DNA of 64,000 nucleotides from an uncultured Actinomycetota bacterium (GTDB lineage Bacteria > Actinomycetota > Actinomycetes > Prado026), in contig CAVQCJ010000002.1 of the NCBI GenBank assembly GCA_963711005.1, positions 1,166,963-1,230,962 of the forward strand. Direction: 5' to 3'. Numbering within the stretch: the stretch's first letter is position 1; the number at the start of each line of letters is the position of its first letter. The notes beneath the pieces were generated by a model, which made no database searches, had not been told where the DNA came from, and saw only the letters and a list, made by a program, of their open reading frames with translations. Shown here piece after piece: positions 9,331 through 17,847 of the stretch. Made by a program: the position numbers and the translations under genes.

Positions 9331-10563
9331 ATGAACTCTCGCGCTCGACCGGGGTCGCGTGCCGTCCTGGCCTCGTACGTGCTCCTCGTCGCCACCAGCC
9401 ACGTGCTGTGGATCTCGTTCGCCTCGGTCACCGCGGACGCGGCCCGCACCTTCCACACAACCGAGCTGTCCATCGGTCTGCTCATCTCGGTCGGTCCGCT
9501 CTGCTCCGCGGCCTTGTCCATCCCGGGCGGGGCGCTGCCGGACCGGTTCGGCTACCGCACGCCGCTGCTCTGGGCCGGCGCCGCGACCGTCGTGTTCGCG
9601 TTCCTCCGCCCGCTCGCACCGGGCCTTCCGCTCCTCCTCCTGCTGACGATCGGTCTGTTGGTCCCGCAACCTTTCCTGATCAACGCTGTCGCCGACCTGG
9701 TCAACCGGCACTTCCCCGAGGAGGAGGCTGCGACGGCCACCGGCATCGGCACGATGTCTATCTTCCTGGGCATCACGGTCGGACTCGTGGCCACGCCACC
9801 GCTGGTCTCGGTGGTCGGAGTGCGCGGCTCGCAGGTCGTGTACGCCGGGTTGGCGCTCGTCGCGCTCGCGATCTTCTGGCTCGTGGCGCCCAAGCAGGTG
9901 CCGGCGCGGCTGGCGACATCCATCGAGCTCACGGTCCGCCAGGCGATCGCGCGCGTGCTGCACTCGTCGACGCTGTGGAAGATGTCCGCGGCCCTGTTCC
10001 TGGGGTTCGGCCTGTACCTGGGGATCACGACCTGGCTCGAGGAGCTGCTCAAGCCGAAGGGGATCGACACGACCGGGGCCGGGCTCGTCGCCGGCACGAT
10101 CACGATGGCCGGGATCGTCGGGTCGATCGTCCTGGGCGCGGTGAGCGACCGGATCCGCCGTCGCAAGCCCTTCCTCGTCCTGGCAGGGCTGGTGGCCGCT
10201 CCGTGCGTGTGGCTCATGGGCCACCTCAGCTCGATGCCCGCCCTGATCGTCACGGCGTTCGTGCTCGGGTTCTTCCTGCTCGCTGCGCTGCCGGTGTCGA
10301 TCGCGATCGCGTCCGAGGCGCGCGGTCTGGGGCCGCAGGTCGCGAGCACCGCGGTCGGCGTGATGCTGATGGCAGGCAACCTCGGCGGTGCCGCGATGGT
10401 CACCGTCATCGGCGTGCTGAAGGACGCGCAGGGGTCGTTCGCGGGCGGGGTCGTGCTGGCCACGGTGCTGGCGCTGGTCGTCACGGCCGTCGCCGCCACG
10501 GTCCCCGAACCGCTCGGAGGTTCTCGCGCGGCGGCCGCCACCGAGCCGTCACCGACGCACTGA
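9331..10563 (+). CDS. MFS transporter
   Basis: About 410 aa with about 12 hydrophobic segments and a GALPDRFGYR-type loop. The ATG at 9331 follows Arg-rich non-coding-like translation of ORF 9112..10563. Confidence 0.8.
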   Translation: MNSRARPGSRAVLASYVLLVATSHVLWISFASVTADAARTFHTTELSIGLLISVGPLCSAALSIPGGALPDRFGYRTPLLWAGAATVVFAFLRPLAPGLPLLLLLTIGLLVPQPFLINAVADLVNRHFPEEEAATATGIGTMSIFLGITVGLVATPPLVSVVGVRGSQVVYAGLALVALAIFWLVAPKQVPARLATSIELTVRQAIARVLHSSTLWKMSAALFLGFGLYLGITTWLEELLKPKGIDTTGAGLVAGTITMAGIVGSIVLGAVSDRIRRRKPFLVLAGLVAAPCVWLMGHLSSMPALIVTAFVLGFFLLAALPVSIAIASEARGLGPQVASTAVGVMLMAGNLGGAAMVTVIGVLKDAQGSFAGGVVLATVLALVVTAVAATVPEPLGGSRAAAATEPSPTH

Positions 10564-10700
10564 TCGACTTCCCCGACATCCGTCCCAGTCGCGCCACCCG
10601 GCCGGCCTGCGCTGACATCGTGAGGCGGACAGTGCCGCCGGGAGTCCTACCGTTGGAGCGTGCAAAGCATCGACGCCGAACCGGAGCCGAGCCGCAGTCC

Positions 10701-10820
10701 GTGCTCTCGACCATCCCGGCCTCTGGGGGCGCCCTGGTCAGGGACCGCAGAGGGCGGCTGCTCGTCCTCAAGCCGACATACAAGGCCGGCTGGACGATCC
10801 CCGGCGGGGTGGTCGAGGCG
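10701..10820 (+). pseudogene. Nudix hydrolase N-terminal fragment
   Basis: VLSTIPASGGALVRDRRGRLLVLKPTYKAGWTIPGGVVEA stops at the beginning of the Nudix box (GG..E) and runs directly into the integrase remnant. Confidence 0.4.
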
Positions 10821-10967
10821 GTGATCACGGCTGACACGTATAGCCACATCGCACCGGAAGTGGCCCGCAAGTCCGCCGAACGCCTGGCGAACCTGGTCAA
10901 CGAGCAGCCGACGTTGGACAGCCGTTGGATATGGCCGGTAGCGGCGCATCCAACGACCAACGAATGA
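10821..10967 (+). pseudogene. Second tyrosine recombinase C-terminal remnant
   Basis: VITADTYSHIAPEVARKSAERLANLVNEQP is paralogous, at DNA and protein level, to 8255..8350. It ends next to the tRNA-Arg 3' end. Confidence 0.7.
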
Positions 10968-11038
10968 TCAAGGGATTCGCAGGTCAGAGGGTGCGCGCCC
11001 GAAGGGATTCGAACCCCTAACCTTCTGATCCGTAGTCA
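10964..11038. repeat. att-like direct repeat, copy overlapping the intact tRNA-Arg
   Basis: Partner of 8387..8461, with one mismatch. Confidence 0.85.
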
Positions 11039-11066
11039 GATGCTCTATCCGTTGAGCTACGGGCGC
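10994..11066 (-). tRNA. tRNA-Arg (anticodon ACG)
   Basis: The reverse complement GCGCCCGTAGCTCAACGGATAGAGCATCTGACTACGGATCAGAAGGTTAGGGGTTCGAATCCCTTCGGGCGCG folds as a cloverleaf. Acceptor GCGCCCG/CGGGCGC, anticodon loop CTACGGA, T-loop TTCGAAT. CCA is not encoded. Confidence 0.9.
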
Positions 11067-11385
11067 TCGGCCCACAAGGGCCGGCGGCAAGTGTAGCCGG
11101 GGCCCGAGCCGCGTCGAAAACCGTCAACCGAGCAGCAGCTCGAGCTGGTCCCCGCAGCTCCCCAGTCGGGCGATGCCGACCGGCCCCCAGTCGGCGACCA
11201 GCCGGTCGGCCAGCCACGGCCGCTCGGCCGCGGTCAGCTCGCGCACCCGCACGGGTCGATCCTGGCATCGCGCTCGGGAAACTTCTGCCAACAAAGTTCG
11301 GCGGAGGTGTCGATCCGGGCAGGGTGTCTTCGTACAGAGGGTGAGACGCCGGATCGGCCGGTGGACCGCACAGAGGAGATCCGAG

Positions 11386-11739
11386 ATGACGCAGTACCTG
11401 CTGTCGGTGTGGGGCGTCGAAGGCACCCCGGCGCCGTCCGACGATGAGACACAGAAGATGTTCAAGGACGTCGGCGTCTTCAACGAGAAGCTCAAGGCGC
11501 AGGGTGCCTGGGTGTTCGCCGGCGGGCTGCACCCGGTGACAACGGCGACCGTGGTCCGGGTCCAGGACGGCGAGGTGCTGACCACCGACGGGCCGTTCGC
11601 GGAGAGCAAGGAGCAGCTGGGCGGGTTCTGGATCATCTCGGCCCCCGACCTGGACGCCGCGCTCGCGTTGGCTGCCGAGGGCACGGTCGCCTGCCAGGCG
11701 CCGGTCGAGGTGCGCCCGTTCGACCCTGCCGGAGACTGA
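11386..11739 (+). CDS. YCII-related (DGPF) domain protein
   Basis: MTQYLLSVWG...DGPFAESKEQLGGFWII, with a GAGGAG RBS 6-12 nt upstream. Confidence 0.85.
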   Translation: MTQYLLSVWGVEGTPAPSDDETQKMFKDVGVFNEKLKAQGAWVFAGGLHPVTTATVVRVQDGEVLTTDGPFAESKEQLGGFWIISAPDLDAALALAAEGTVACQAPVEVRPFDPAGD

Positions 11740-11745
11740 CGGACG

Positions 11746-13002
11746 TTGCCCGACGCACCCACCGGCCCGCACGCAGCGGGCGACGACCCCGGCCACCTCG
11801 CGACCCAGCAGGTCGAGCGTGTGTTCCGGCAGGACTCCGGACGCGCCGTGGCCACCCTGGTCCGCCTCTTCGGCGACATCGACATCGCGGAAGAGGCGGT
11901 CCAGGAGGCGTTCACGGTCGCCGTGCAGACGTGGCCGGACACCGGGGTTCCTCCCAGCCCGGCCGGCTGGATCGTCACGACGGCCCGCAACCGCGCGATC
12001 GACCGGCTCCGGCGCGAGTCCACGCGGCACGATCGGCACGTGCAGGCCGCCCTGCTGCACAGCACGGACGAACCCGAGGAGCGGGGTGCAGTGGACGACG
12101 ACCGCCTCCGCCTCGTCTTCACCTGCTGTCACCCCGCGCTGGCCCCCGCGGCCCAGGTGGCGCTGACACTTCGTCTCATCGCCGGGCTGCAGACGCCGCA
12201 GATCGCCCGGGCGTTCCTGGTGCCGGAGCCGACGATGGCGCAGCGCATCGTCCGGGCGAAGAACAAGATCCGGGCGGCGCGGATCCCGTTCCGGGTCCCG
12301 ACGCACGCGGAGCTGCCGGACCGGCTGCGACCGGTGCTGGCGGTCGTCTACCTCGTGTTCAACGAGGGGTACGTGGCGAGCAGCGGTGACTCGCTGGTCC
12401 GCACCGACCTGAGCGACGAGGCGATCCGGCTGGGTCGGCTGCTCGTCGAGCTGATGCCGGACGAGCCCGAGGTGGTCGGCCTGCTCGCGCTGATGCTGCT
12501 GACCGAGTCACGCCGCGCGGCGCGCGTCGGGCTCGACGGTTCGCTGGTCCCGCTGCCGGAGCAGGACCGCACGCAGTGGCGCCGCGACCTCGTCGACGAA
12601 GGGCAGGCGCTGGTCCGCGCCTGCTTGCGCCGCAACGCGCCGGGCCCGTACCAGGTGCAGGCGGCCATCGCGGCGGTGCACGGCGACGCGGCCACCGCGC
12701 AGGACACCGACTGGGCGCAGATCCTCGCGCTGTACGACCACCTCCTGCTGCTCGCCCCGACGCCGGTGGTGGCGCTGAACCGCGCGATCGCGGTGGGGGA
12801 GGTCGACGGCCCCGGGCCGGCGCTGGCGCTCATCGACGGGCTCGACCTGGACGGGTACTACCTCCTGCACGCGACCCGCGCGGACCTGTTGCAGCGACTG
12901 GGTCGCGAGGACGAGGCACGGTCTGCGTACGACCAGGCATTGGCCCGCACCGACAACGCCGCCGAGCGCGACCTGCTGGCCGCCCGCCGTGCGGCTCTGT
13001 GA
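11746..13002 (+). CDS. ECF-type RNA polymerase sigma factor with long TPR-like C-terminal extension (COG4941-like)
   Basis: Sigma-2 region ([39 protein letters not shown]), sigma-4 HTH ([28 protein letters not shown]), then about 230 aa of helical extension. TTG start 6 nt after the YCII stop. Confidence 0.85.
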   Translation: MPDAPTGPHAAGDDPGHLATQQVERVFRQDSGRAVATLVRLFGDIDIAEEAVQEAFTVAVQTWPDTGVPPSPAGWIVTTARNRAIDRLRRESTRHDRHVQAALLHSTDEPEERGAVDDDRLRLVFTCCHPALAPAAQVALTLRLIAGLQTPQIARAFLVPEPTMAQRIVRAKNKIRAARIPFRVPTHAELPDRLRPVLAVVYLVFNEGYVASSGDSLVRTDLSDEAIRLGRLLVELMPDEPEVVGLLALMLLTESRRAARVGLDGSLVPLPEQDRTQWRRDLVDEGQALVRACLRRNAPGPYQVQAAIAAVHGDAATAQDTDWAQILALYDHLLLLAPTPVVALNRAIAVGEVDGPGPALALIDGLDLDGYYLLHATRADLLQRLGREDEARSAYDQALARTDNAAERDLLAARRAAL

Positions 13003-13014
13003 CCGCAGCGGCGT

Positions 13015-13332
13015 CTAGGAGACCGGCTTGGCGGGGTGGTAGGCACCGATGATGTCGGCGGCTGTCGGGACCGGCTGGGTGTCGACCCGGGACCCGGAGT
13101 CGCGCCCGAACTCCTTGAACGACGACAGCCCCGTCAGCGGGTTCGAGCCGTCCGCGGTGTCCGCGGTCGACACGTGCACGAACGACACCCCGTCGTCGAG
13201 CCGCACCACCTTGTACTCCACGTTCTCCGGGTGCTCCGCCCGCAGCTGCTCGAACACCGCCTCGATCAGCCGGACGTGCTCGGCGACCGCCTCGGGCTTG
13301 ACCCGGTAGCTGACCACGACGCTGCTGATCAC
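13015..13332 (-). CDS. ABM (antibiotic-biosynthesis-monooxygenase-like) ferredoxin-fold protein
   Basis: VISSVVVSYRVKPEAVAEHVRLIEAVFEQLRAE... The GTG start overlaps the SDR stop (GTGA at 13329-13332). Paralogue of 15518..15811. Confidence 0.7.
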   Translation of the reverse strand: MISSVVVSYRVKPEAVAEHVRLIEAVFEQLRAEHPENVEYKVVRLDDGVSFVHVSTADTADGSNPLTGLSSFKEFGRDSGSRVDTQPVPTAADIIGAYHPAKPVS

Positions 13333-14186
13333 GCGGCACTCCCCTGCGGCTCGGTGTGGTCGTCCTTGCCGACCAGCTTGAAGCCCCGCCGCACGCCGGC
13401 CTCGAAGGCGCCGCCGGGAAGCAGCCACCTGAGCAGGGTGAACTGCGTGGCCTCCCTGGTGAACTTGTTGCGGAGGGCGGGGTGCGGGTCGTCGGCGATC
13501 GCGACGATCTTGCGGGCGACCAGATCCGGGCCGGGCGCCTTGCGGCCGAACTCGTCCATGGCCGCGAACGCCCGGCCGCGGGGGCCGGCATAGGCGTCCA
13601 TGCGGTCCGGGTGCGGGCGCGCGTACAGCTGCGTACGGATGTTGCCGGGCTCGACCATCGCGACCCGGATGCCGAACGGGCGCACCTCGTGCCGCAGCGT
13701 CTCCATGAGTCCCTCGACGGCGAACTTGCTCGCGTTGTAGTGACCCCAGAACGGGACCGGCACCAGCCCCGCCAGCGAGCTCAACGTGATGATGTGGCCG
13801 CCGCCCTGGGCGCGCATCCCGGGCAGCACCGCGTCGGTCGTCCGCACGACGCCGAAGTAGTTCGTCTCGAACTGGGCCTTCGCCTCGGCGAGGGTGACCT
13901 CCTCGACCGCACCCTCGCACAGGTACCCGGCATTGTTGACCAGCACGTCGATGCGCCCGGCCTCGCGCAGGACCCGCTCGACGCCGTCGCGCACCGATCG
14001 GTCGTCGTCCACGTCGACGGTCACCGGCTCGACCTCGTCGATCGGCCGGCCGGAAGTGCTGCGCGTCGCGCCGAACACCCGGAACCCGGCCGCAGCCAGC
14101 TCCCGCGCGACGGCCTCGCCGATCCCGGACGAGGTCCCGGTGACCAGAGCCACCCGCCGCTCACTGCCAGCCTTCTGGTCGGTCAC
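13329..14186 (-). CDS. SDR family oxidoreductase
   Basis: VALVTGTSSGIGEAVAREL (TGxxxGIG), NNAG and YNASKFAV catalytic motifs. Confidence 0.9.
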   Translation of the reverse strand: MTDQKAGSERRVALVTGTSSGIGEAVARELAAAGFRVFGATRSTSGRPIDEVEPVTVDVDDDRSVRDGVERVLREAGRIDVLVNNAGYLCEGAVEEVTLAEAKAQFETNYFGVVRTTDAVLPGMRAQGGGHIITLSSLAGLVPVPFWGHYNASKFAVEGLMETLRHEVRPFGIRVAMVEPGNIRTQLYARPHPDRMDAYAGPRGRAFAAMDEFGRKAPGPDLVARKIVAIADDPHPALRNKFTREATQFTLLRWLLPGGAFEAGVRRGFKLVGKDDHTEPQGSAA

Positions 14187-14247
14187 GTGTCCGTCGCCTC
14201 CGCGTGTCGTCGTCGTTCGACCGTAACCGAGTGAGTAGCATCATGCA

Positions 14248-14721
14248 ATGCACAGAGCCAACCTCGCGGAGCTGGAGTGCTCGCTGGCGCGGACCCTGCA
14301 GATCGTCGGCGAGTGGTGGGCGCTGCTCGTGCTGCGCGACATCTGCTTCGGCTGGAACCGCTTCGAGGAGATCCACGAGCACCTGGGGATCGCCCGCAAC
14401 ATCCTCAAGGCCCGGCTGGACACCCTGGTCGAGCAGGGGATGGTGGAGCGGCACCGGTACCAGCAGCGGCCGGACCGGTTCGAGTACGTACCGACCGACA
14501 AGGCGATCGACTTCGTCCCGGCGCTGCTCGCTCTCGTCGCCTGGGGCGACCGCTGGACGGCTCCGGACGGCCCGCCGCTGATCTTCACGCACCGTACGTG
14601 CGGGCACGACACGGACGCGACCGTCGTCTGCTCGGCCTGCTCCGCGCCGCTCGCACGCGCGGACATCGACTTCCGGCCCGGACCCGGGCTCTCCGAGCCG
14701 CTGACGCCGCCTTCAGCCTGA
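14248..14721 (+). CDS. HxlR family transcriptional regulator with Cys-rich tail
   Basis: CSLARTLQIVGEWWALLVLRDI..FEEI...IARNILKARLDTLVEQGMV winged-helix region. The C-terminus has TCGHD..VVCSACS. Divergent from the SDR/ABM pair. Confidence 0.85.
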   Translation: MHRANLAELECSLARTLQIVGEWWALLVLRDICFGWNRFEEIHEHLGIARNILKARLDTLVEQGMVERHRYQQRPDRFEYVPTDKAIDFVPALLALVAWGDRWTAPDGPPLIFTHRTCGHDTDATVVCSACSAPLARADIDFRPGPGLSEPLTPPSA

Positions 14722-14746
14722 CATCGCCCTCAGCCGGACATCCCCC

Positions 14747-15457
14747 TCAGCCGGACGCGGCCTGGTCCAGCGTGGGGAACGCGAACAGGTCGAGCAGGAC
14801 CGGCAGCGCTGCCGCGTCCCCGTCGAGTCCCACGTCGCCGCCGGCGACCGCGTCGGCCGGCGAGACCTGACGGGTGAGCAGCCGGTGCAGCTCGGTGTCG
14901 CTGGTGGTGACGACGAGGTCGGCCGAACCGGCCGGCGAGGGCGCGCCCGCCGCCACCGTCAGCACCGCACGCTCGGCCCGGACGGTGAACGGGCCGTCGT
15001 CCAGCCGCAGCTCCCAGGTCGTCGGCCGGGCGACCCGTCGCGACTCGTCGTGGAAGGCGAGCATCGCCGCGGCCAGCCACCGCGACCGGGTGGCGACGTC
15101 GGCCGGCAGTCGGCCCATGCTCTTGGTCCCCCAACGGCCCAGCGCCATCAGCACCGGCTCGAGCTCGCGGCCGTACGGCGTGAGCTCGTAGACCGTGCCG
15201 CGCTCAGGCAGCGGGAGCAGCCGGCGCGAGACGACGCCGCTGACTTCGAGATGCTTCAGTCGGGCGGCCAGCGTGTTGGTGCCGATCCCGGGCAGACCGT
15301 CGGCCAGGTCCCCGAACCGCAGCGGGCCCAGCAGCAGGTCCCGGACCACGAGGGCGCTCCAGCGGTCGCCGACCACGTCGAGCGCCGTCGCGATGCCGCA
15401 GAGCTGGTCGTAGCTGCGGCTGCTGGACACAGGCTCGGACACAGGGCGATCGTACAT
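14747..15457 (-). CDS. HxlR family regulator with C-terminal SCP2-like domain
   Basis: CGIATALDVVGDRWSALVVRDLLLGPLRFGDL...NTLAARLKHLEVSGVV, plus a 120-aa C-terminal extension. Confidence 0.8.
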   Translation of the reverse strand: MYDRPVSEPVSSSRSYDQLCGIATALDVVGDRWSALVVRDLLLGPLRFGDLADGLPGIGTNTLAARLKHLEVSGVVSRRLLPLPERGTVYELTPYGRELEPVLMALGRWGTKSMGRLPADVATRSRWLAAAMLAFHDESRRVARPTTWELRLDDGPFTVRAERAVLTVAAGAPSPAGSADLVVTTSDTELHRLLTRQVSPADAVAGGDVGLDGDAAALPVLLDLFAFPTLDQAASG

Positions 15458-15517
15458 GACACTTGCATTTCAAGATTTTACTTGTACTTCGCAAGTCACG
15501 CGGCTAGGGTCCGATCC
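15458..15517. promoter_or_regulatory. AT-rich divergent promoter/operator region
   Basis: 60-bp intergenic gap that is conspicuously AT-rich for this genome. It holds the inverted repeat ACTTGC(15461-66)...GCAAGT(15491-96) and repeated ACTTG units. It lies between the HxlR gene and the ABM-like gene. Confidence 0.35.
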
Positions 15518-15811
15518 ATGACCAGGACGGTGATCGTGCGGTACCGCACCAGGCCCGAAGCGGCCGACGAGAACGCGCGCCTCGTCGAGGCGGTGTACGG
15601 CTCGCTCGCCGAGCTCGCGCCGACCGGTTTCCAGTACACGACGTACCGGCTCGACGACGGCGCGACCTTCGTGCACGTCGCGGACTTCGCCGGGCCGGAC
15701 AACCCGCTCGCCGCCCTGCCGGCGTTCGCCGAGTTCCAGCGCGACCTCGCGCAGCGCTGCGTCGAGCAGCCGGACCCCACCGAGGCCAGCGTCGTGGGGT
15801 CGTACCGGTGA
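15518..15811 (+). CDS. ABM-like ferredoxin-fold protein (paralogue of 13015..13332)
   Basis: MTRTVIVRYRTRPEAADENARLVEAVYGSLAE...YRLDDGATFVHV aligns along its length with the other copy. Confidence 0.7.
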   Translation: MTRTVIVRYRTRPEAADENARLVEAVYGSLAELAPTGFQYTTYRLDDGATFVHVADFAGPDNPLAALPAFAEFQRDLAQRCVEQPDPTEASVVGSYR

Positions 15812-16212
15812 CCGGCAGCGGCACCCGCGACGACCCCTGGTTGCTGACGACGCCGCCGGGAAAGGCGCACTACCAGATGTGGCGCGACGACGAGGCGGAC
15901 CCGCCTGCGCTCGTCTGCCAGGTCGGCGGGACGCAGCTGCGCTACCACGTGGGCGCGATCGAGGACCTGCACGCGATGCTCGTCGCCGACGGTGGCTGGG
16001 TGCCGCTGGGCGGCGCGGACGAGCAGAAGCCGGCGCCCGACGGGACCGTCGAGGCGTGGGGACGCTCGCCGGACAACCCGGTCGGCGGGTGGTACGGGCT
16101 GAAGAAGGGGCTGCGCGGGCGGTTCGGCGTCTACCTGCCCCCGCTGCTGGAGACGCTCGGACTGGCCGAGGTCACCCACGAAGCGAAGAACAACACCATG
16201 CGGGCGGTCTGA
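15808..16212 (+). CDS. Conserved-looking hypothetical protein
   Basis: The GTG start overlaps the preceding stop (GTGA). Composition is protein-like (GWYGLKKGLRGRFGVYLPPLLETLGLAEV). No family recognised. Confidence 0.6.
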   Translation: MTGSGTRDDPWLLTTPPGKAHYQMWRDDEADPPALVCQVGGTQLRYHVGAIEDLHAMLVADGGWVPLGGADEQKPAPDGTVEAWGRSPDNPVGGWYGLKKGLRGRFGVYLPPLLETLGLAEVTHEAKNNTMRAV

Positions 16213-16227
16213 GCCACCGTCCGCCGC

Positions 16228-16246
16228 GAGCCCGGTTGCCGGGCTC
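16228..16246. terminator. Bidirectional terminator-like hairpin between convergent genes
   Basis: GAGCCCGG-TTG-CCGGGCTC, a perfect 8-bp GC-rich stem. It overlaps the stop codon of the hemerythrin gene. Confidence 0.45.
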
Positions 16247-16877
16247 AGCTCCGCCAGGCCGGCGCGATGTTCTGGCGGTAGCTGCGCCCGAACAGTCCGC
16301 CGATGATGGTGAGCACCGGGCCCGGGACCTGTCCGGTCACCGCCGCACGCTCGTCGACCGAGGCCCCGTCGAGCACCCACGCGAAGAACTGACCGCCCCG
16401 CGACGGGCTGACCTTCCCGAACTTCTTGCCCATCGCCTTGATCTCGGGCGAGTCGTGCTTGGCCTGGTACACCGGCTCGAGCTCGGCCTCCTCGTGCTCC
16501 AGGTGCGCGACCGTGACCGTGCGCAGCTGCTGGAAGGCCGCCAGCGCGGCCTGCGCCTCGGCCGAGCCCGCCGTGCGCGCGAGCGCACCCATCGCGGTGC
16601 GGGTCTGCGCCAGGGCCGCGGCCATGGTCTCGTGCTCGGCGTCCATCTGTGCCAGCAGCTCCTTGCTGACGCCGACCGCTTCGAGGGCCGGCCAGGCGAT
16701 CTCGTGCTCGCCCTCGTGGTGGAGCGTGAGCTGGTCGTCGAAGTTCGCCCACGCGGTCGCCAGCTGTGCCGCCCGCGCCCGGTCACCGTCGCGGAAGGAT
16801 CCGAGCGCGGCGACGAACCGGTCGAGGTCCCGCCGGAAGGCACCGTGGATGGCCTTGTTCATGCTGATCTCGGTCAT
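16245..16877 (-). CDS. Hemerythrin-domain protein
   Basis: His/Glu-rich helices: IHGAFRRDL, HHEGEHEIAWP, AEHETM, HLEHEEAELEP. Confidence 0.8.
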   Translation of the reverse strand: MTEISMNKAIHGAFRRDLDRFVAALGSFRDGDRARAAQLATAWANFDDQLTLHHEGEHEIAWPALEAVGVSKELLAQMDAEHETMAAALAQTRTAMGALARTAGSAEAQAALAAFQQLRTVTVAHLEHEEAELEPVYQAKHDSPEIKAMGKKFGKVSPSRGGQFFAWVLDGASVDERAAVTGQVPGPVLTIIGGLFGRSYRQNIAPAWRS

Positions 16878-16929
16878 GGCCCTGACTGTAGGCGACGGGC
16901 GACGGGCGACGGCCCGCGGGCCGCAGGAG

Positions 16930-17020
16930 CGGAGGCGGAGGGATTTGAACCCTCGAGGGGGTTGAAGCCCCCAACCGCATTAGCAGTGCGGCGCCATAGG
17001 CCGGGCTAGGCGACGCCTCC
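16930..17020 (-). tRNA. tRNA-Ser (anticodon GCT)
   Basis: The reverse complement is GGAGGCGTCGCCTAGCCCGGCCTATGGCGCCGCACTGCTAATGCGGTTGGGGGCTTCAACCCCCTCGAGGGTTCAAATCCCTCCGCCTCCG. Anticodon loop CTGCTAA, long variable arm, T-loop TTCAAAT. Confidence 0.9.
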
Positions 17021-17106
17021 AGTGCGGTCCTCGACCGCGGGCCTAGGCTACCGGCCGTCGGAAGGGACCGGCAAAGCGCCGCAGACCGCCGCGGAGGGAG
17101 CCACCG

Positions 17107-17847
17107 GTGACCGATCTGGACGCCCGCACCGCGGCCAAGCGCGCGGCTGGCGAGGCCGCCGTCGAGCGGTTCGTCCACGACGGGATGCGGGTCGGGCTCG
17201 GGACCGGGAGCACGGCGGTGTGGGCGCTGCGCCGGATCGGCGCGCTGCTGGCGGCGGGCGACCTGGGGGACATCGCCGGGGTGCCGACGTCGAGCGCGAG
17301 CGAGTCCGAGGCGCGGGCGTGCGGCATCCCGCTCACGACGCTCGACGCCCACCCGTTCCTGGACGTGACCATCGACGGCGCCGACGAGGTGTCCCCCACC
17401 CTCGACCTGGTCAAGGGCGGCGGCGGCGCGCACCTGCGCGAGAAGATCGTCGCGCAGGCGAGCGGCCGGCTGGTGATCGTGGTGGACGAGACGAAGCTGG
17501 TCCCCGCAGCTGGGCACCGGCTTCGCGGTGCCGGTCGAGGTGGTGCCGATGGGGCAGCGGCCCGAGCGCGAGTTCCTCGAACAGCTGGGGGCGCGGGTGA
17601 CGTTGCGCGCCGGCGTGGACGGCACGCCATTCGTCACCGACGAGGGCAACCACATCCTCGACGCCGACTTCGGCCCGCTGCCCGACCCGGCCGCGCTGCA
17701 GGAGGCGTTGCGCACCCGCGCGGGCGTGGTGGAGGTCGGGCTGTTCCTGGACATGGCGTCGTCGTCGTCGTGGCGGGCGACGTCGTGGCCGGCACCGGAC
17801 CCGGCGCCGCCGTACGGATGCTGGAGCGGGTCAGCCCAGAGTCGTGA
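17107..17847 (+). pseudogene. rpiA: Ribose-5-phosphate isomerase A, with the central 83 codons displaced into another frame by paired +1/-1 indels (or sequence errors)
   Basis: Frame 1 gives GLGTGSTAVW...DGADEV...VKGGGGAHLREKIVAQASGRLVIVVDETKLVP. Frame 2 then gives QLGTGFAVPVEVVPMG...FVTDEGNHILDADFG...GVVEVGLFLDMA. Frame 1 resumes with VVVVAGD...stop. The frame-1 translation of the middle part is Arg/Gly/Ala junk. Confidence 0.8.

Larger units (their letters stand above)
8145..10993. mobile_element. Decayed tRNA-Arg-associated integrative island (tandem integration remnants)
   Basis: Two integrase 3' fragments, each followed by the same 75-bp sequence that includes the 3' half of tRNA-Arg. 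The interval holds truncated SDR and Nudix genes and one intact MFS gene. Confidence 0.6.

Noticed and set aside
14733-14765. Short direct repeat ccctcagccggac occurring twice between the two HxlR genes.
   Set aside because: It is 13 bp with only two copies, and one copy overlaps a stop codon. It is too short to distinguish from chance in GC-rich DNA.
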